From contig CAWCIZ010000003.1 of assembly GCA_963795855.1 (NCBI GenBank), positions 864,001 to 928,000 on the forward strand: a DNA stretch of 64,000 bases. Direction: 5' to 3'. The notes below the pieces were generated by a model. It saw only the letters and a program-made list of their open reading frames with translations. It ran no database searches and was not told the origin of the DNA. A program made the position numbers and the translations under genes. Source of the DNA: Vulcanimicrobiota bacterium. GTDB taxonomy: Bacteria; Vulcanimicrobiota; Vulcanimicrobiia; Vulcanimicrobiales; Vulcanimicrobiaceae. Below are positions 1 to 10,539 of the stretch, in pieces (positions within the stretch are counted from its first letter, which is position 1; every line of letters starts with the position of its first letter).

Positions 1-744
1 TAATACCCACGCGATGCTGCTTGCCGGACGAATGAAATGGATCCGCAAACGCGCGTTCCAGCTTGCTCACCATGTGCATTGCTTCCTGGCGCTCCCCGAT
101 GCGCCGGACGAGAACGCCGAATTCATCTCCGCCCAAACGGCCCGCCACGTCGATCGCGCGTACGGCGTTCGCGATGCGTGATGCAGCCATGTGCAAAATC
201 GTGTCGCCGGTGTGATGGCCGAAGGTGTCGTTGATCACTTTGAACCCGTCGAGATCGCCGAATAGCAAAGCGACGCGCTCACCGCTTTCCGCGGTGTTCA
301 TCGCTTCTTGGAGCGTGCGCATCAGACAGGCGCGATTCGCTATACCAGTCAGCGGGTCGTGGTCCGCCGCGCGGCGCGCCCGCACCAGCTTCCGCGCAGC
401 GCCTCATTCGCAGCGCTCGTTACGCGCAAACGATTGGCGACGACGACCACCGCGCAAAGCGCTAAAGAGAGAATGAGCGCATCCGCCAACGGCGAAAGCG
501 CGAGGCTCCGTCGTGGCAAGGGCAATCCGTGATCGAGCAAGCCGAGGGAAACGCCCGTGACGAACGCCGTGGCCAGTGCCGCATATTGGCGCAGATAGTA
601 CGCGATGAACAAGATCGGAACGACCGCCAGCGCGCCGACATGGATGTTCGCCGTAAGGTACGCCAGGACGCCCAGAGCGGCCAGCGCAGCGTAGGCGACT
701 GCGAGGATGCCGAGGTGTCGTCCGTAGGGCAGCTGACGTTTCAT
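1..744 (-). CDS. Membrane-anchored diguanylate cyclase (GGDEF), frameshift near 390, runs off the window edge
   Basis: ORF 349-744 gives the TM N-terminus. The minus strand below ~385 reads HDPLTGIANR...DLDGFKVINDTFGH...RLGGDEF. Confidence 0.85.
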
Positions 745-792
745 CTACCGCCATTGTGCCTGAGTCCGTCCCAAAGCGGCAATAATGAGGAC

Positions 793-1671
793 CTAGGTCT
801 TTGGGCACTCGTGAAGCAGCGTGTAGCCGTCGGAAGTGGTGTGCTGGACGACGTACTGAACGAGCGGAGGCTCGCTTGATTCTTGCTTCGGCGGCGGAAA
901 TTGGAACGTTGCGGGGATGTTGTCGTGCCCTTTGATGAACGGGTCTTCGGCTTCGCTCTTGTAGTAAAACGGGTAGTCGAGGTTCAAACTTTGCTCCGAG
1001 CCGTCGGGGAAGTGAACGATGATGGACACGTATTCCCACACGCGGCCTGTCCGCGGATCGGTCGTCGGATTGTCGTTCGGGGCGAAATCCACGTAGCCGC
1101 AAGGTTCGTGAGCCGCCGGTGCACCGCCGGTGCCCTGCCCCGTTCCGGATTGGCCGGTCCCGGGACCGCCCGGCCCGACGCCGCCGGTGACGGCCTTGGC
1201 GACGGTGCTCGTGCCCTGTCCCTGTCCGCCGGTTGGAACGTGGGTGACGGGTTTCTTATGGAAGTGTGTGTGGACACGCGGCCGAGCGGATGCAACGCGC
1301 CGAACGACGTGATGCTCCGCGGGCGCCGCCGGCTTGACGATGCGCGGCTGTACCTGCGTTTGCGCGACCACCTTCGTATGAACGATGGGTTTCGGCGTCG
1401 GGCGCGGCTTCGGCGTCGGTGTCGCGCGGTGCTCGATGCGCGTGATCTTCTCGATCGTGATGCGCTCGGGTTCCGATGGTATCATCGCGCCCCGCATGGG
1501 AATTACGATGATTGCGATTTCTATGACCGCGATGGCGACGGCGAAGGCAATGACGAGCCGCCGGCGGTTCGCTTCCTTCGATTCGCCGGAAAGGTCGCCG
1601 AGGAACGAGGAGAGCCACCCGCGCTGGGCGGGTGACTCTCCCGGTCTGAGGTGTTTCGACGTCGTGGTCAC
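793..1671 (-). CDS. Single-TM, Pro/Gly-rich linker protein (TonB-like architecture), function unknown
   Basis: TM helix, PTPKPRPTPKP segment, Gly-rich spacer, compact C-terminal domain. Confidence 0.6.
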   Translation of the reverse strand: MTTTSKHLRPGESPAQRGWLSSFLGDLSGESKEANRRRLVIAFAVAIAVIEIAIIVIPMRGAMIPSEPERITIEKITRIEHRATPTPKPRPTPKPIVHTKVVAQTQVQPRIVKPAAPAEHHVVRRVASARPRVHTHFHKKPVTHVPTGGQGQGTSTVAKAVTGGVGPGGPGTGQSGTGQGTGGAPAAHEPCGYVDFAPNDNPTTDPRTGRVWEYVSIIVHFPDGSEQSLNLDYPFYYKSEAEDPFIKGHDNIPATFQFPPPKQESSEPPLVQYVVQHTTSDGYTLLHECPKT

Positions 1672-1678
1672 CAGCAGG

Positions 1679-1996
1679 TTAGGGTTGTTGCGGATTCACT
1701 CCGTACGTTTCTTTGTACCATTGATCGAATTGCTCTTGAGTCGGATAGTAGCCGTATTTTTTGTAGTACCAGTCGCGGTATGCCGACTGCCGGCGCGCGA
1801 CTTCGTGCTGCTCCGCCCGTCTGTCTCGAACTTTGTGGTTGTAATTCGTAACGAAGATCCCGGCTGCGGTGCCGAACAGAATGATGTTGCGGGTACTCGC
1901 GGCTCCGTTTGCTAAAGCCGGTGGCGTCGCGGCGAGCCCGATAGCCGCGGCGAGCGCGGCGGCCAAAGCTCTCTGCTTCATAAACCGTCCTTTCAT
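1679..1996 (-). CDS. Small secreted hypothetical protein
   Basis: Signal-peptide-like MKQRALAAALAAA...ALA, Tyr-rich C-terminus. Confidence 0.65.
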   Translation of the reverse strand: MKGRFMKQRALAAALAAAIGLAATPPALANGAASTRNIILFGTAAGIFVTNYNHKVRDRRAEQHEVARRQSAYRDWYYKKYGYYPTQEQFDQWYKETYGVNPQQP

Positions 1997-2020
1997 CCGC
2001 TCTGACTCCTTCCCACAGAG

Positions 2021-2047
2021 AACGAAAAGGCAGGCTGGCGCGTTTCA
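2021..2047 (-). promoter_or_regulatory. Candidate ECF-type promoter
   Basis: TGAAAC-N17-CGTT on the minus strand upstream of 1996. Confidence 0.35.
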
Positions 2048-2064
2048 AGGAATCCCTCTGCCCC

Positions 2065-2577
2065 GTGGAAGTTCAGAGCTATATACGAGCGATCCCGGAT
2101 TTTCCGATTCCCGGGATCCTTTTCCGTGACATTACCCCACTTCTCAAAGACAAGCAAGGATTCAAGGCCGCGATTGACTTGTTCGTCGACACGTACAAGG
2201 ATCGCCGAATCGATTACGTGGTCGGAATTGAAGCGCGCGGCTACATGCTGGGAGCCCCGCTGGCGTACTCGATCGGTGCCGGATTCGTGCCTGTTCGTAA
2301 ACCGGGCAAGCTTCCTTACAGTAAACTGAGCGAATCGTACGCGCTAGAATACGGAACCAATTCGCTGGAAATCCATGCGGACGCGCTGGGCAACGGCGAC
2401 CGGGTGCTCGTCGTCGACGATCTGCTGGCTACCGGCGGAACCGCCGCCGCGACGCGGCGGCTGTTGGAGCGGCTCGGCGCGAAGATCGAAGGCTTCGCCT
2501 TTCTGATCGAACTCGAGGCGCTCAAAGGGCGCGACGCTTTGAACGGCGTGGACGTTACAACGTTCATCACGTATTGA
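2065..2577 (+). CDS. apt: Adenine phosphoribosyltransferase
   Basis: IPDFPIPGILFRDIT, GIEARG, VVDDLLATGGT PRPP motif; precedes relA. Confidence 0.97.
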   Translation: MEVQSYIRAIPDFPIPGILFRDITPLLKDKQGFKAAIDLFVDTYKDRRIDYVVGIEARGYMLGAPLAYSIGAGFVPVRKPGKLPYSKLSESYALEYGTNSLEIHADALGNGDRVLVVDDLLATGGTAAATRRLLERLGAKIEGFAFLIELEALKGRDALNGVDVTTFITY

Positions 2578-2594
2578 AATCCGGGAGCTGCTCT

Positions 2595-3044
2595 ATGGGT
2601 TCGACCCGTTCCGCTTTGATTTTTGCAATCGTCATTGCCGTGACTGCCGGGGGGACGGTGGCCGCTCGCGCGCAAACTGCACCAGCCTCGCCGGCCGCCT
2701 CGTCGGAGCCATCGCCTCCGCCGCTGCCCTCGCCGCAGCCGGGGCCCGATACTCCGCAGCGCCATAAACTCGCGGTGCAGCAGTTTTTGGCGTGGCAGCA
2801 AGGCCAAATCGATCGGACGCTGTACGGCGACCAAGTGAACAGCGAACTCAGCGACGAGATGCTGGACCGGGGAACGAAAACGCTGGCGAACATGGGTGCC
2901 CTCCAAAGTGCCGTATTTTTGGGCACGGCACACGCCAAAGGGACCGACGTCTACGTATACAAGATGACGTGCGAGCACGGCTCGGTTAACATGGACTTTG
3001 CACTCGCGCCCGACGGAAAAATCTCCCTGATATTTTTCGAATAG
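2595..3044 (+). CDS. Secreted hypothetical protein
   Basis: Signal peptide, Pro-rich linker; C-terminus resembles the small domains ending the serine hydrolases in this window. Confidence 0.65.
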   Translation: MGSTRSALIFAIVIAVTAGGTVAARAQTAPASPAASSEPSPPPLPSPQPGPDTPQRHKLAVQQFLAWQQGQIDRTLYGDQVNSELSDEMLDRGTKTLANMGALQSAVFLGTAHAKGTDVYVYKMTCEHGSVNMDFALAPDGKISLIFFE

Positions 3045-3098
3045 GCCAAACAAAATGGACGCGGCGGCTGCGCTTATGGCATGATGGACGCAATACTC

Positions 3099-5264
3099 AT
3101 GACGATAGCGGAGCTGGTTCAGAAGGTTCGGACCTACGACCCGTCGCTCGACGGGTCGTGGCTTATGCGCGTGTACGATTTGGCGAATCGCGCGCACGAA
3201 GGGCAGCGCCGCGCCTCGGGCGAGTCGTACATTGAGCATCCGCTCGCCGTCGCAGGTATCCTGGCCGACCTCGAGATGGATCGGCAAACCGTGGCCGCCG
3301 CTCTGCTGCACGACGTCGTCGAAGACACGAGCATCACGACCGAACAAGTCGAGAGCGAATTCGGCGAGGAAATCGCCAATTTGGTGGACGGCGTCACCAA
3401 ACTGACGCGAATCCCGTATCAGTCGAAGGAAGAAGCGCAGGTCGAAAATCTGCGCAAGATGTTCATGGCGATGGCCAAGGACATCCGCGTCATCATCATC
3501 AAGCTCGCCGACCGTCTGCACAATATGCGCACGCTGGGCAGTCTTACCGCATCCAAACAAGTTGCGATCGCGCGCGAGACGCTCGACATCTATACGCCCA
3601 TCGCGCACCGCCTAGGCATCTGGAAGATCAAGTGGGAGATGGAGGATCTTTGTCTCCGTTACATCGATCCGGAAGGTTATCGCGAGATCGTCGAGCGCGT
3701 CGCCAAGACGCGTAAGGAACGCGAGAGCGGCGTCGACACCGTCATAAACCGGCTGAACGAAGAGTTCGAACAACTGGGCATCAAAGCCGAGGTTCACGGG
3801 CGGCCCAAGCACTTCTATTCGATTTACACGAAGATGAAGAAAGGCCGCGACTTTTCGACGATTTACGACTTGTCGGCGATTCGCGTCATCGTCGAGTCCG
3901 TCAAAGATTGTTACGCGGCGCTCGGAACGGTGCACGCTCTGTGGACGCCGCTTCCAGGGCGCTTCAAAGACTATATCGCGATGCCCAAGCCGAACATGTA
4001 CCAGTCGCTGCATACGACGGTCGTCGGCCCCGAAGGCGAACCGCTCGAGATTCAAATCCGCACGTGGGAGATGCATCGCACGAGCGAATACGGCATCGCG
4101 GCGCATTGGCGGTACAAAGAGGGCGGCAAGGCCGATCAGTTTGAGAACAAACTGTCTTGGCTGCGCGCGCTGCTCGAATGGCAGAAAGACATGCGTGACT
4201 CGCGCGTGTTCATGGAGAACCTCAAACTCGATCTGTTCGATTCGCAGGTCTTCATTTTTTCGCCGCGCGGCGACGTGTTCAGCATGCCGGCCGGCGGCAC
4301 GCCGCTCGATTTTGCATACAACGTGCACACCGACGTCGGCAATCACTGCGTCGGGGCGCGCGTCAACGGCCGCATCGTGCCGCTCGACCATACGCTGCAG
4401 AACGGCGACATATGCGAGATTCTCGTCAACAAATCCAGCGGGCATCCGTCGCTCGATTGGCTTTCGGTCGTCAAGACCAGCAGCGCCAAACATAAAATCA
4501 AGCAGTGGTTCCGTAAGGAACGCCGCGAAGAAAACGTGCTGGCCGGGCAGGAGGCCATCGAAAAGGAACTGGCGCGCCAGCATATCTCACTTGGCACTCT
4601 GAGCGGCGAAATCATCGAACGCATCGCGAAGCGCTTGAATTACGCGACGCCGACGGATCTTTTCGCCGCCGTCGGGTTCGGCGACGCGTCGGGCGCCTCC
4701 GTGGCCAACCGCATCAAGGACGAACTCAAGAGCGACAACGTCGTCGCGTTTCAAGCGATTACGCGTCCACCGTCGGTTTCACGCCGCGTCGCGCGAAAGA
4801 CCAGCGGCATTCGGATTGCCGGCGTGGACGACGTGCTCGTGCGGTTGTCGAAATGCTGCAGCCCGGTGCCGGGCGACCCGATCATCGGGTACGTCACGAT
4901 CGGAAAAGGCGTCTCGGTGCATCGCGCCGACTGCCCGAACGTCGCGTACATGACCGCGACGCCGGAGCGCATGCTGGAAGCCAGTTGGGTCGGCAAGACG
5001 GAGTTTACGCACGCCGTCGACATCGAGATGGAGGCGCTGGACCGGCCGCAATTGCTGCAAGACGCGATGGCGGTGTTCGCGGAACTGAAGACGCAGGTGA
5101 GTTCCGTTACGGCGCGCGTCAAGCGCGATCGTCACGCGTTAGTGAGCCTAACGGTGCAAATTCGCGACCTCGATCACCTGCACCAAATTCTGCGCAAACT
5201 CGAAACGCTCAAGGACGTGCGCCGCGTCTACCGCGTGACCAAACGCGAGGCGAAATCTTCGTAG
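3099..5264 (+). CDS. relA: Bifunctional (p)ppGpp synthetase/hydrolase, RelA/SpoT family
   Basis: HD motif LLHDVVED, synthetase YQSLHT/EIQIRT, TGS, ZFD CCSPVPGD, ACT. Confidence 0.97.
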   Translation: MTIAELVQKVRTYDPSLDGSWLMRVYDLANRAHEGQRRASGESYIEHPLAVAGILADLEMDRQTVAAALLHDVVEDTSITTEQVESEFGEEIANLVDGVTKLTRIPYQSKEEAQVENLRKMFMAMAKDIRVIIIKLADRLHNMRTLGSLTASKQVAIARETLDIYTPIAHRLGIWKIKWEMEDLCLRYIDPEGYREIVERVAKTRKERESGVDTVINRLNEEFEQLGIKAEVHGRPKHFYSIYTKMKKGRDFSTIYDLSAIRVIVESVKDCYAALGTVHALWTPLPGRFKDYIAMPKPNMYQSLHTTVVGPEGEPLEIQIRTWEMHRTSEYGIAAHWRYKEGGKADQFENKLSWLRALLEWQKDMRDSRVFMENLKLDLFDSQVFIFSPRGDVFSMPAGGTPLDFAYNVHTDVGNHCVGARVNGRIVPLDHTLQNGDICEILVNKSSGHPSLDWLSVVKTSSAKHKIKQWFRKERREENVLAGQEAIEKELARQHISLGTLSGEIIERIAKRLNYATPTDLFAAVGFGDASGASVANRIKDELKSDNVVAFQAITRPPSVSRRVARKTSGIRIAGVDDVLVRLSKCCSPVPGDPIIGYVTIGKGVSVHRADCPNVAYMTATPERMLEASWVGKTEFTHAVDIEMEALDRPQLLQDAMAVFAELKTQVSSVTARVKRDRHALVSLTVQIRDLDHLHQILRKLETLKDVRRVYRVTKREAKSS

Positions 5265-5995
5265 ATCGCTGGCTTCTGCTGCTGGGAGCCGCTTTCGTCG
5301 GCGGCGGAATCAACAGCGTTGCGGGCGGCGGAAGTTTCCTGACATTTCCCGCTCTGCTCGTTGCCGGAGTTCCGGCGATTCCGGCAAACGCCACGAACAA
5401 TGCCGCGATGTGGCTAGGCGTGCTCGCCAGCGCGCGCGGCTATCGCGAAGAAATACGAACCTATCGCTCGCAGATCGGTCCGGCGATTGCCGTGAGTTTG
5501 TTCGGTGCGGCAGGCGGAGCCGTGCTGCTGTTGCACACGCCGCCGAAGATCTTTGAGCGAATGATTCCGTGGCTGCTGCTGTTCGCGACGCTCATTTTCG
5601 CGGTGAGCCCGGTCATTACGCGTTCCCGGAAGCCCAAGAACGTGCATTCGCCGTGGCAGCTCGCCGCTCAATTTTTCGTCGCGTTGTACGGCGGCTATTT
5701 CGGTGCGGGCATGGGCATCATGATGCTCGCGATCCTCACGTTTTCCGCGCTGCCCGACATGAACGCGATGAACGGCGTGAAAAATTTGCTTTCGATCACG
5801 ATCAACGGCATCGCGTGCGTGCCGTTCGTCATTGCCGGCGTCATCGACTGGCGCATCGCATTGCCGATGGCGCTCTTTTCGATGGCCGGCGGTTATTTCG
5901 GCGCGCGTTTTTTCCGCCGCGTGCCTTCGCATATCACGCGCATCATCGTGCTGGCGATCGGCGCCGCGATGAGCGCCTACTTTTTTGTGCGCTAG
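5261..5995 (+). CDS. Sulfite exporter TauE/SafE family membrane protein (start codon unclear)
   Basis: INSVAGGGSFLTFP and YGGYFGAGMG motifs, multi-TM. Confidence 0.88.
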   Translation, partial: VDRWLLLLGAAFVGGGINSVAGGGSFLTFPALLVAGVPAIPANATNNAAMWLGVLASARGYREEIRTYRSQIGPAIAVSLFGAAGGAVLLLHTPPKIFERMIPWLLLFATLIFAVSPVITRSRKPKNVHSPWQLAAQFFVALYGGYFGAGMGIMMLAILTFSALPDMNAMNGVKNLLSITINGIACVPFVIAGVIDWRIALPMALFSMAGGYFGARFFRRVPSHITRIIVLAIGAAMSAYFFVR

Positions 5996-6004
5996 GAAGC
6001 GCTC

Positions 6005-9000
6005 TTAGTGCGTCGGCGCGGGAACCGAGACCGGTTCGACTCCGTGTGCTTGGCCGTTTTGTCCGCGCTTCTCACGGCGACGCTGCACCCACGGCTCGAC
6101 CTTGTTCGAGGCCCAAAGATAGAGCGTCGGAATGACGATCAGCGAGAGCATCGTGGAGCAGAGGAGGCCGCCGATCACGACGGTTCCAAGCGGCGCTTGC
6201 GTTTCGCTTCCCGCCTCGATGCCGGCCGCGATCGGGAACATGCCGCCGACGGTTGCAAGCGTCGTCATCAAAATAGGGCGTAGACGAAGGGGGGCCGCGT
6301 GCAGCACCGCTTCACGCGCGGAAAGTCCGCGCCTGCGCAGTTGATTCGTGAATTCGACGACCAGAATCGCGTTCTTCACGACGATACCTACGAGCATCAG
6401 TAACCCGATGAACGCGGTCAAGCCGAACGAACGCTGCGTTATCAGGAGCGCGAGCACCACGCCCGCGAGCGAGAGCGGCACCGACATCATGATGATGACC
6501 GGGTGCAGCAGCGATTCGAACTGCGAGGCCAGCAGCATGTATATCAACAGCACTGCCAGGATGACGATCATGCCGAGGCTGCTGAACGTTTGGCTCTGCT
6601 GCGTGACCGACTGGCCGAACTGCCAGTAGTAACCCGCCGGAAGCGTCGTAGTGTTCATGATCTGCGTTGCCGCCTGCACCGCGTTGCCGAGCGAGGTATT
6701 CGTCAAGTCCGCGTTGATGTCGATCTCGCGCTGTTTGTTCTGACGTGTGATTTGCGAGGGACCGACGCCGGTTGAAATCGACGCGACTTCACTGAGCGGC
6801 AGCGTGGGCAGCGAATAGGATTGGCCGGGCGTTGCCGTGGAGGTGCTCGTCAGAGCGGAGCTGCCGGAGCTGCCTCCCGAGGCGCCCGAGGTGCCGGACG
6901 ATCCGACCGCACCCGATCCCACGCTCGCCGTAACCGGAATCTGCAGATTTTCGATCGTCGCTAGAGAGCGGCGTTGATCCGAAGGCAGCTGCACGATGAT
7001 GGGATATTCCGTGCCGTTGATTTGCATGAACGAAGCCGTGCTGCCGCTCGTCGCGGTATCGATCGTCTGCGCGATGGATTGCGTCGAAAGACCTAACTGC
7101 GCGGCCAGGGATCGATCCACGGAAATATTCAGCAGCGGCTGCGACGGCGTAATGCCGGTGTCCGGACGCGTGAGGCCCGGCACCTGCGCGAGGCGCGGAA
7201 TGATTTGATTCTGCGCGATGTTGTAGAGCGTCGTCATGTCGGGGCCGTAAACTTGCATATCCAGCGCGTTTTGGCCGCGCGAGATGATCTGCGACACGAT
7301 ATCGATCGGATGGCCGAACGCTGCCAAGCCCGGAATGGGCGGCCCGAAGATTTTGCGCATTGCAGCGAATTTCGGGTTCGGTTTTGCACGCGCCGCTGCG
7401 CTGCCGCGGCGGCCGCCGAACGAACCGTTCAGTGCACCTTGCCACTGCGTAACGAACTGCGCGGCGCCCGAACTCGAGATGTTCGGCTGAAGCGTGATCG
7501 CCATACTGGCGATGTTGGACACCGACGTGGAAACCAGATAGCCTTGGCTGCCTACTTGCGATCCGACGTCGAGTACGCGCGGGTCTCTACGCATCCGATT
7601 CTCGACGTCCTGCGCGACTTTGTTCATGACGTTCAGCGCGGTACCGTTCGGCATGCGCAAATTGAATCTCACGTAGCGCGAATTCGTCGCCGGGAACATT
7701 TCGGTCGAGACCGCACCGAGCCGCAACGCCAGCAGCGTAGCGACGAGAACGATGGCGGCGCCCGCGAAGATTTGAAGCGGATGGTCGACTGACCACTCCA
7801 GGCGCCGGCGATACCAGCCCGCGAACCGCTCGTAGCCCTTGTCGAACTTCGCGACGAACCGCGCGTATGCGCCTTTGTGATGACCATTCGTATGCGGCTT
7901 CTCATCGTGCAAGAGCAGCGTCGAGAGCATCGGAACCGTCGTCAGCGCCACCAACAGTGAGATCGCCACTGCAACCATGACCATCATGGCGAACGGTTTG
8001 AAGATGAGGCCTTGCAAGCCCGGGATCAGCAGCAGCGGCACGAACACCGTGATGACCGTAATCGAAGAGGCAAGCACGGCGGTGAAAATTTCCGTTACCG
8101 CGCTTTCGGCCGCTTCCTTCACATGCTGCCCGCGCGACATGTGCCGGTAAATGTTTTCGATGACCACGATTGCATCGTCGACAATCAGGCCGACGGCCAG
8201 CGCCAACCCTCCGAGCGTCATCGTGTTCAGCGAATAGCCGAACATGTACGCGGCAAAGAGCGTTCCCATCACGGAGATGGGCAGTGATATCGCGACGATG
8301 AGCGTCGAGCGCCATGAGTGCAAGAACAGCAGAATGACCAGAATCGCGAGCGCCGCGCCGTAGAGAGCCGTGTGCTCGAGCGCGGTAACGGCTTGCGTGA
8401 TGAACCCGCGCTGATCGAAGACCACCGCCATTTTCATGCCGGGGTAGCGCTGTTCGATCTGTTTGATCTTGGCGTAGACGCCGTTTGCCGTCTGCACGAC
8501 GTTGGCATTGGGCTGCGCGATAATCGACACGCCAAGTGCGGGCACGCCGTTCAAGCGCTGAAAACTGCGCTGCTCTTGTATCGAATCGGAGACGCTGGCT
8601 ACGTCCTTCAGAAAAACCGGTGCTCCGTTTTTCGTCGTGACGACTATGTTGCCGACTTGCTGCGCGTTCTGGAAGAGTTCGTTTGCCTGGATCTGATATT
8701 CGTTGTTGGCGATCTGAACGATGCCGGCGGGCAAATTCAAGTTTTCTTGCCCGACGCGTGAAACGATTTGGCTGAGCGTGAGGCCGTAACCCGACATCGC
8801 GTTGATGTTCGGCTGAATCATGATCGCGCGGACTTGGTCGTTGCTTATGCCGACCGATGCGACGCCGTTTACGCTGGAAAACTCGTCCGACAGCGTATTC
8901 GTCCACAAGTCGCCGAGATTGCGCAGCGTCATGTTCGCATCGGTCGCATAGACGCGCACGACCGGCAACTGATTCGGATCGAATTTATTGATCGTCGGCT

Positions 9001-9379
9001 GGGAAAGATTCGGATCGTTCGGCAGGCTGCTCCAAATGCGGGAAACCTGCTCCTGCACGTCGACTGCGGCCGTGTCGATATTCGTGCCGTAGTAGAACTG
9101 TGCGCTAACTTCGCTCGTGCCTTCCGACGAGGTCGAGTTGATTTGCTGAATGCCCTGCACGCGGCTGACCGCGTTTTCGATGGGCCGCGTTATCAGCGTT
9201 TCCATCTGCTGCGGTGCCACGTTCGTGTAGTTCACGGCGACGGTGACGACCGGCGGGCTGAAACTCGGCAAGAGATCGACCGGTAACCGGGGGAAAGCGA
9301 AAAGGCCGAGCACGATAATCGCGGTTGCGATCATCGCCACGGTGACGCGACGCGTTACGGCAAAACGGGCAATCGGCAT
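6005..9379 (-). CDS. RND efflux transporter permease (AcrB/AcrD/AcrF family)
   Basis: GLIVDDAIVVIENI, RLRPILMTT, GIVVKNAILVVEF; ATG at 9379 (MPIARFAV). Confidence 0.95.
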   Translation of the reverse strand: MPIARFAVTRRVTVAMIATAIIVLGLFAFPRLPVDLLPSFSPPVVTVAVNYTNVAPQQMETLITRPIENAVSRVQGIQQINSTSSEGTSEVSAQFYYGTNIDTAAVDVQEQVSRIWSSLPNDPNLSQPTINKFDPNQLPVVRVYATDANMTLRNLGDLWTNTLSDEFSSVNGVASVGISNDQVRAIMIQPNINAMSGYGLTLSQIVSRVGQENLNLPAGIVQIANNEYQIQANELFQNAQQVGNIVVTTKNGAPVFLKDVASVSDSIQEQRSFQRLNGVPALGVSIIAQPNANVVQTANGVYAKIKQIEQRYPGMKMAVVFDQRGFITQAVTALEHTALYGAALAILVILLFLHSWRSTLIVAISLPISVMGTLFAAYMFGYSLNTMTLGGLALAVGLIVDDAIVVIENIYRHMSRGQHVKEAAESAVTEIFTAVLASSITVITVFVPLLLIPGLQGLIFKPFAMMVMVAVAISLLVALTTVPMLSTLLLHDEKPHTNGHHKGAYARFVAKFDKGYERFAGWYRRRLEWSVDHPLQIFAGAAIVLVATLLALRLGAVSTEMFPATNSRYVRFNLRMPNGTALNVMNKVAQDVENRMRRDPRVLDVGSQVGSQGYLVSTSVSNIASMAITLQPNISSSGAAQFVTQWQGALNGSFGGRRGSAAARAKPNPKFAAMRKIFGPPIPGLAAFGHPIDIVSQIISRGQNALDMQVYGPDMTTLYNIAQNQIIPRLAQVPGLTRPDTGITPSQPLLNISVDRSLAAQLGLSTQSIAQTIDTATSGSTASFMQINGTEYPIIVQLPSDQRRSLATIENLQIPVTASVGSGAVGSSGTSGASGGSSGSSALTSTSTATPGQSYSLPTLPLSEVASISTGVGPSQITRQNKQREIDINADLTNTSLGNAVQAATQIMNTTTLPAGYYWQFGQSVTQQSQTFSSLGMIVILAVLLIYMLLASQFESLLHPVIIMMSVPLSLAGVVLALLITQRSFGLTAFIGLLMLVGIVVKNAILVVEFTNQLRRRGLSAREAVLHAAPLRLRPILMTTLATVGGMFPIAAGIEAGSETQAPLGTVVIGGLLCSTMLSLIVIPTLYLWASNKVEPWVQRRREKRGQNGQAHGVEPVSVPAPTH

Positions 9380-9497
9380 GAAGTGGAGTTGTAATCTCTT
9401 TCCAGACCCGGGTTGTTCAAACCATCCCATGCGCTGTTTAGAGAGAGCTGAGAGGCCACTGTCAGCGACCTGGCACGCGTGGGTGCGTGCCGCGTGC

Positions 9498-9526
9498 TTG
9501 CCCACGCCGTGACCCCATGATATACT
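9498..9526 (+). promoter_or_regulatory. Sigma70-type promoter of rpsF-ssb
   Basis: TTGCCC-N17-TATACT with extended -10 TG. Confidence 0.6.
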
Positions 9527-9558
9527 CGGCCGGTCCCGGCGATGCCGGGTCATTTCCA

Positions 9559-9608
9559 CTCTGCCCGCCGCTCCCGGTGGGCCGCCCCCCACGGGGTGTC
9601 CGCAGAGG
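9559..9608 (+). promoter_or_regulatory. Probable S6:S18-binding ribosomal protein leader RNA
   Basis: CTCTGC (9559-64) pairs with GCAGAG (9602-07), which overlaps the RBS. The inner hairpin is followed by GGGCCG...TCC, as in known rpsF leaders. Confidence 0.6.
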
Positions 9609-9614
9609 GCTATC

Positions 9615-9953
9615 ATGGCTGTAGACTACGAAGTCACTTATATTTTGCGTCCCAATCTCGAGGAAGCCGAGGTCGCGGAGCGCAGCAACGGAATCGCCGA
9701 GCAGCTCAAGGGTAATGGCGGCGAGATTCTCAGCAGCGAACTGGTGGGCAAGAAGCGCCTGGCGTACGAAATCAACGACGTGCGCGAGGGCATCTACACC
9801 GTGATGCGGTTCCGCAGCACCACCGAGGCGGCGCACGAGCTGGAGCGCCAGCTCGGCCTGAACGAAGATGTGATGCGCGCCCTGCTCATCAAACTCGACA
9901 AGCACGCCTTGGCCGCCGAAAAAGCGGCACCGCCGGCGCCGCCTACGGCCTAA
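9615..9953 (+). CDS. rpsF: 30S ribosomal protein S6
   Basis: YEVTYILRP...GKKRLAYEI...EGIY. Confidence 0.96.
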   Translation: MAVDYEVTYILRPNLEEAEVAERSNGIAEQLKGNGGEILSSELVGKKRLAYEINDVREGIYTVMRFRSTTEAAHELERQLGLNEDVMRALLIKLDKHALAAEKAAPPAPPTA

Positions 9954-10039
9954 ACGTCCAGAAATGCCAAGCCTATGGCATAGCGGCACGCTAGCCTTGG
10001 GCTGACCCGCACACCGAAGTTCAGAAAGAGTAGTGCACT

Positions 10040-10465
10040 ATGGCGGCTTCTTTTAACAAGGTCATATTGGTCGGCAACGTCGTCCGCGATCCGGAGATCC
10101 GGTACGTCGGCTCGGGCGCGGGCGTCACCAAGTTTTCGATCGCGGTCAATCCCAACAAGCGCGACGCAAAGCCCGAAGACACGCTCTTCGTCGACATCGT
10201 CGCGTGGGAGAAGCTGGCCGAGACTTGCAACACGTACCTGAAGAAGGGTTCCAACGTGCTGGTCGAGGGCCGCCTCGTGATTCGATCGTACGACGACAAA
10301 GAAGGCAACAAGCGCAAAGCGACGGAGGTCGTCATCAATACGATGCAGATGCTCGGCTCGCCGCGCGACCGTCAAGACGGCGGCGGCAGTGAATCATTTG
10401 CCGGCGCGGCAGTCGGCGGCGGCGGCCGCGTGGACGACGGATTAGACGAGGAGATTCCGTTTTAG
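10040..10465 (+). CDS. ssb: Single-stranded DNA-binding protein
   Basis: NKVILVGN..RDPEIRY OB-fold, acidic DEEIPF tail. Confidence 0.97.
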   Translation: MAASFNKVILVGNVVRDPEIRYVGSGAGVTKFSIAVNPNKRDAKPEDTLFVDIVAWEKLAETCNTYLKKGSNVLVEGRLVIRSYDDKEGNKRKATEVVINTMQMLGSPRDRQDGGGSESFAGAAVGGGGRVDDGLDEEIPF

Positions 10466-10539
10466 GACCTCGTAATTCTGTCAATGTCAAGATAGACCGG
10501 CAAGAACGCCAATTCTATCTGCCTATACAGGGCTTTTCG

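Noticed and set aside
2316..4583. Long antisense ORFs over relA
   Set aside because: Typical high-GC shadow ORFs with no motifs.
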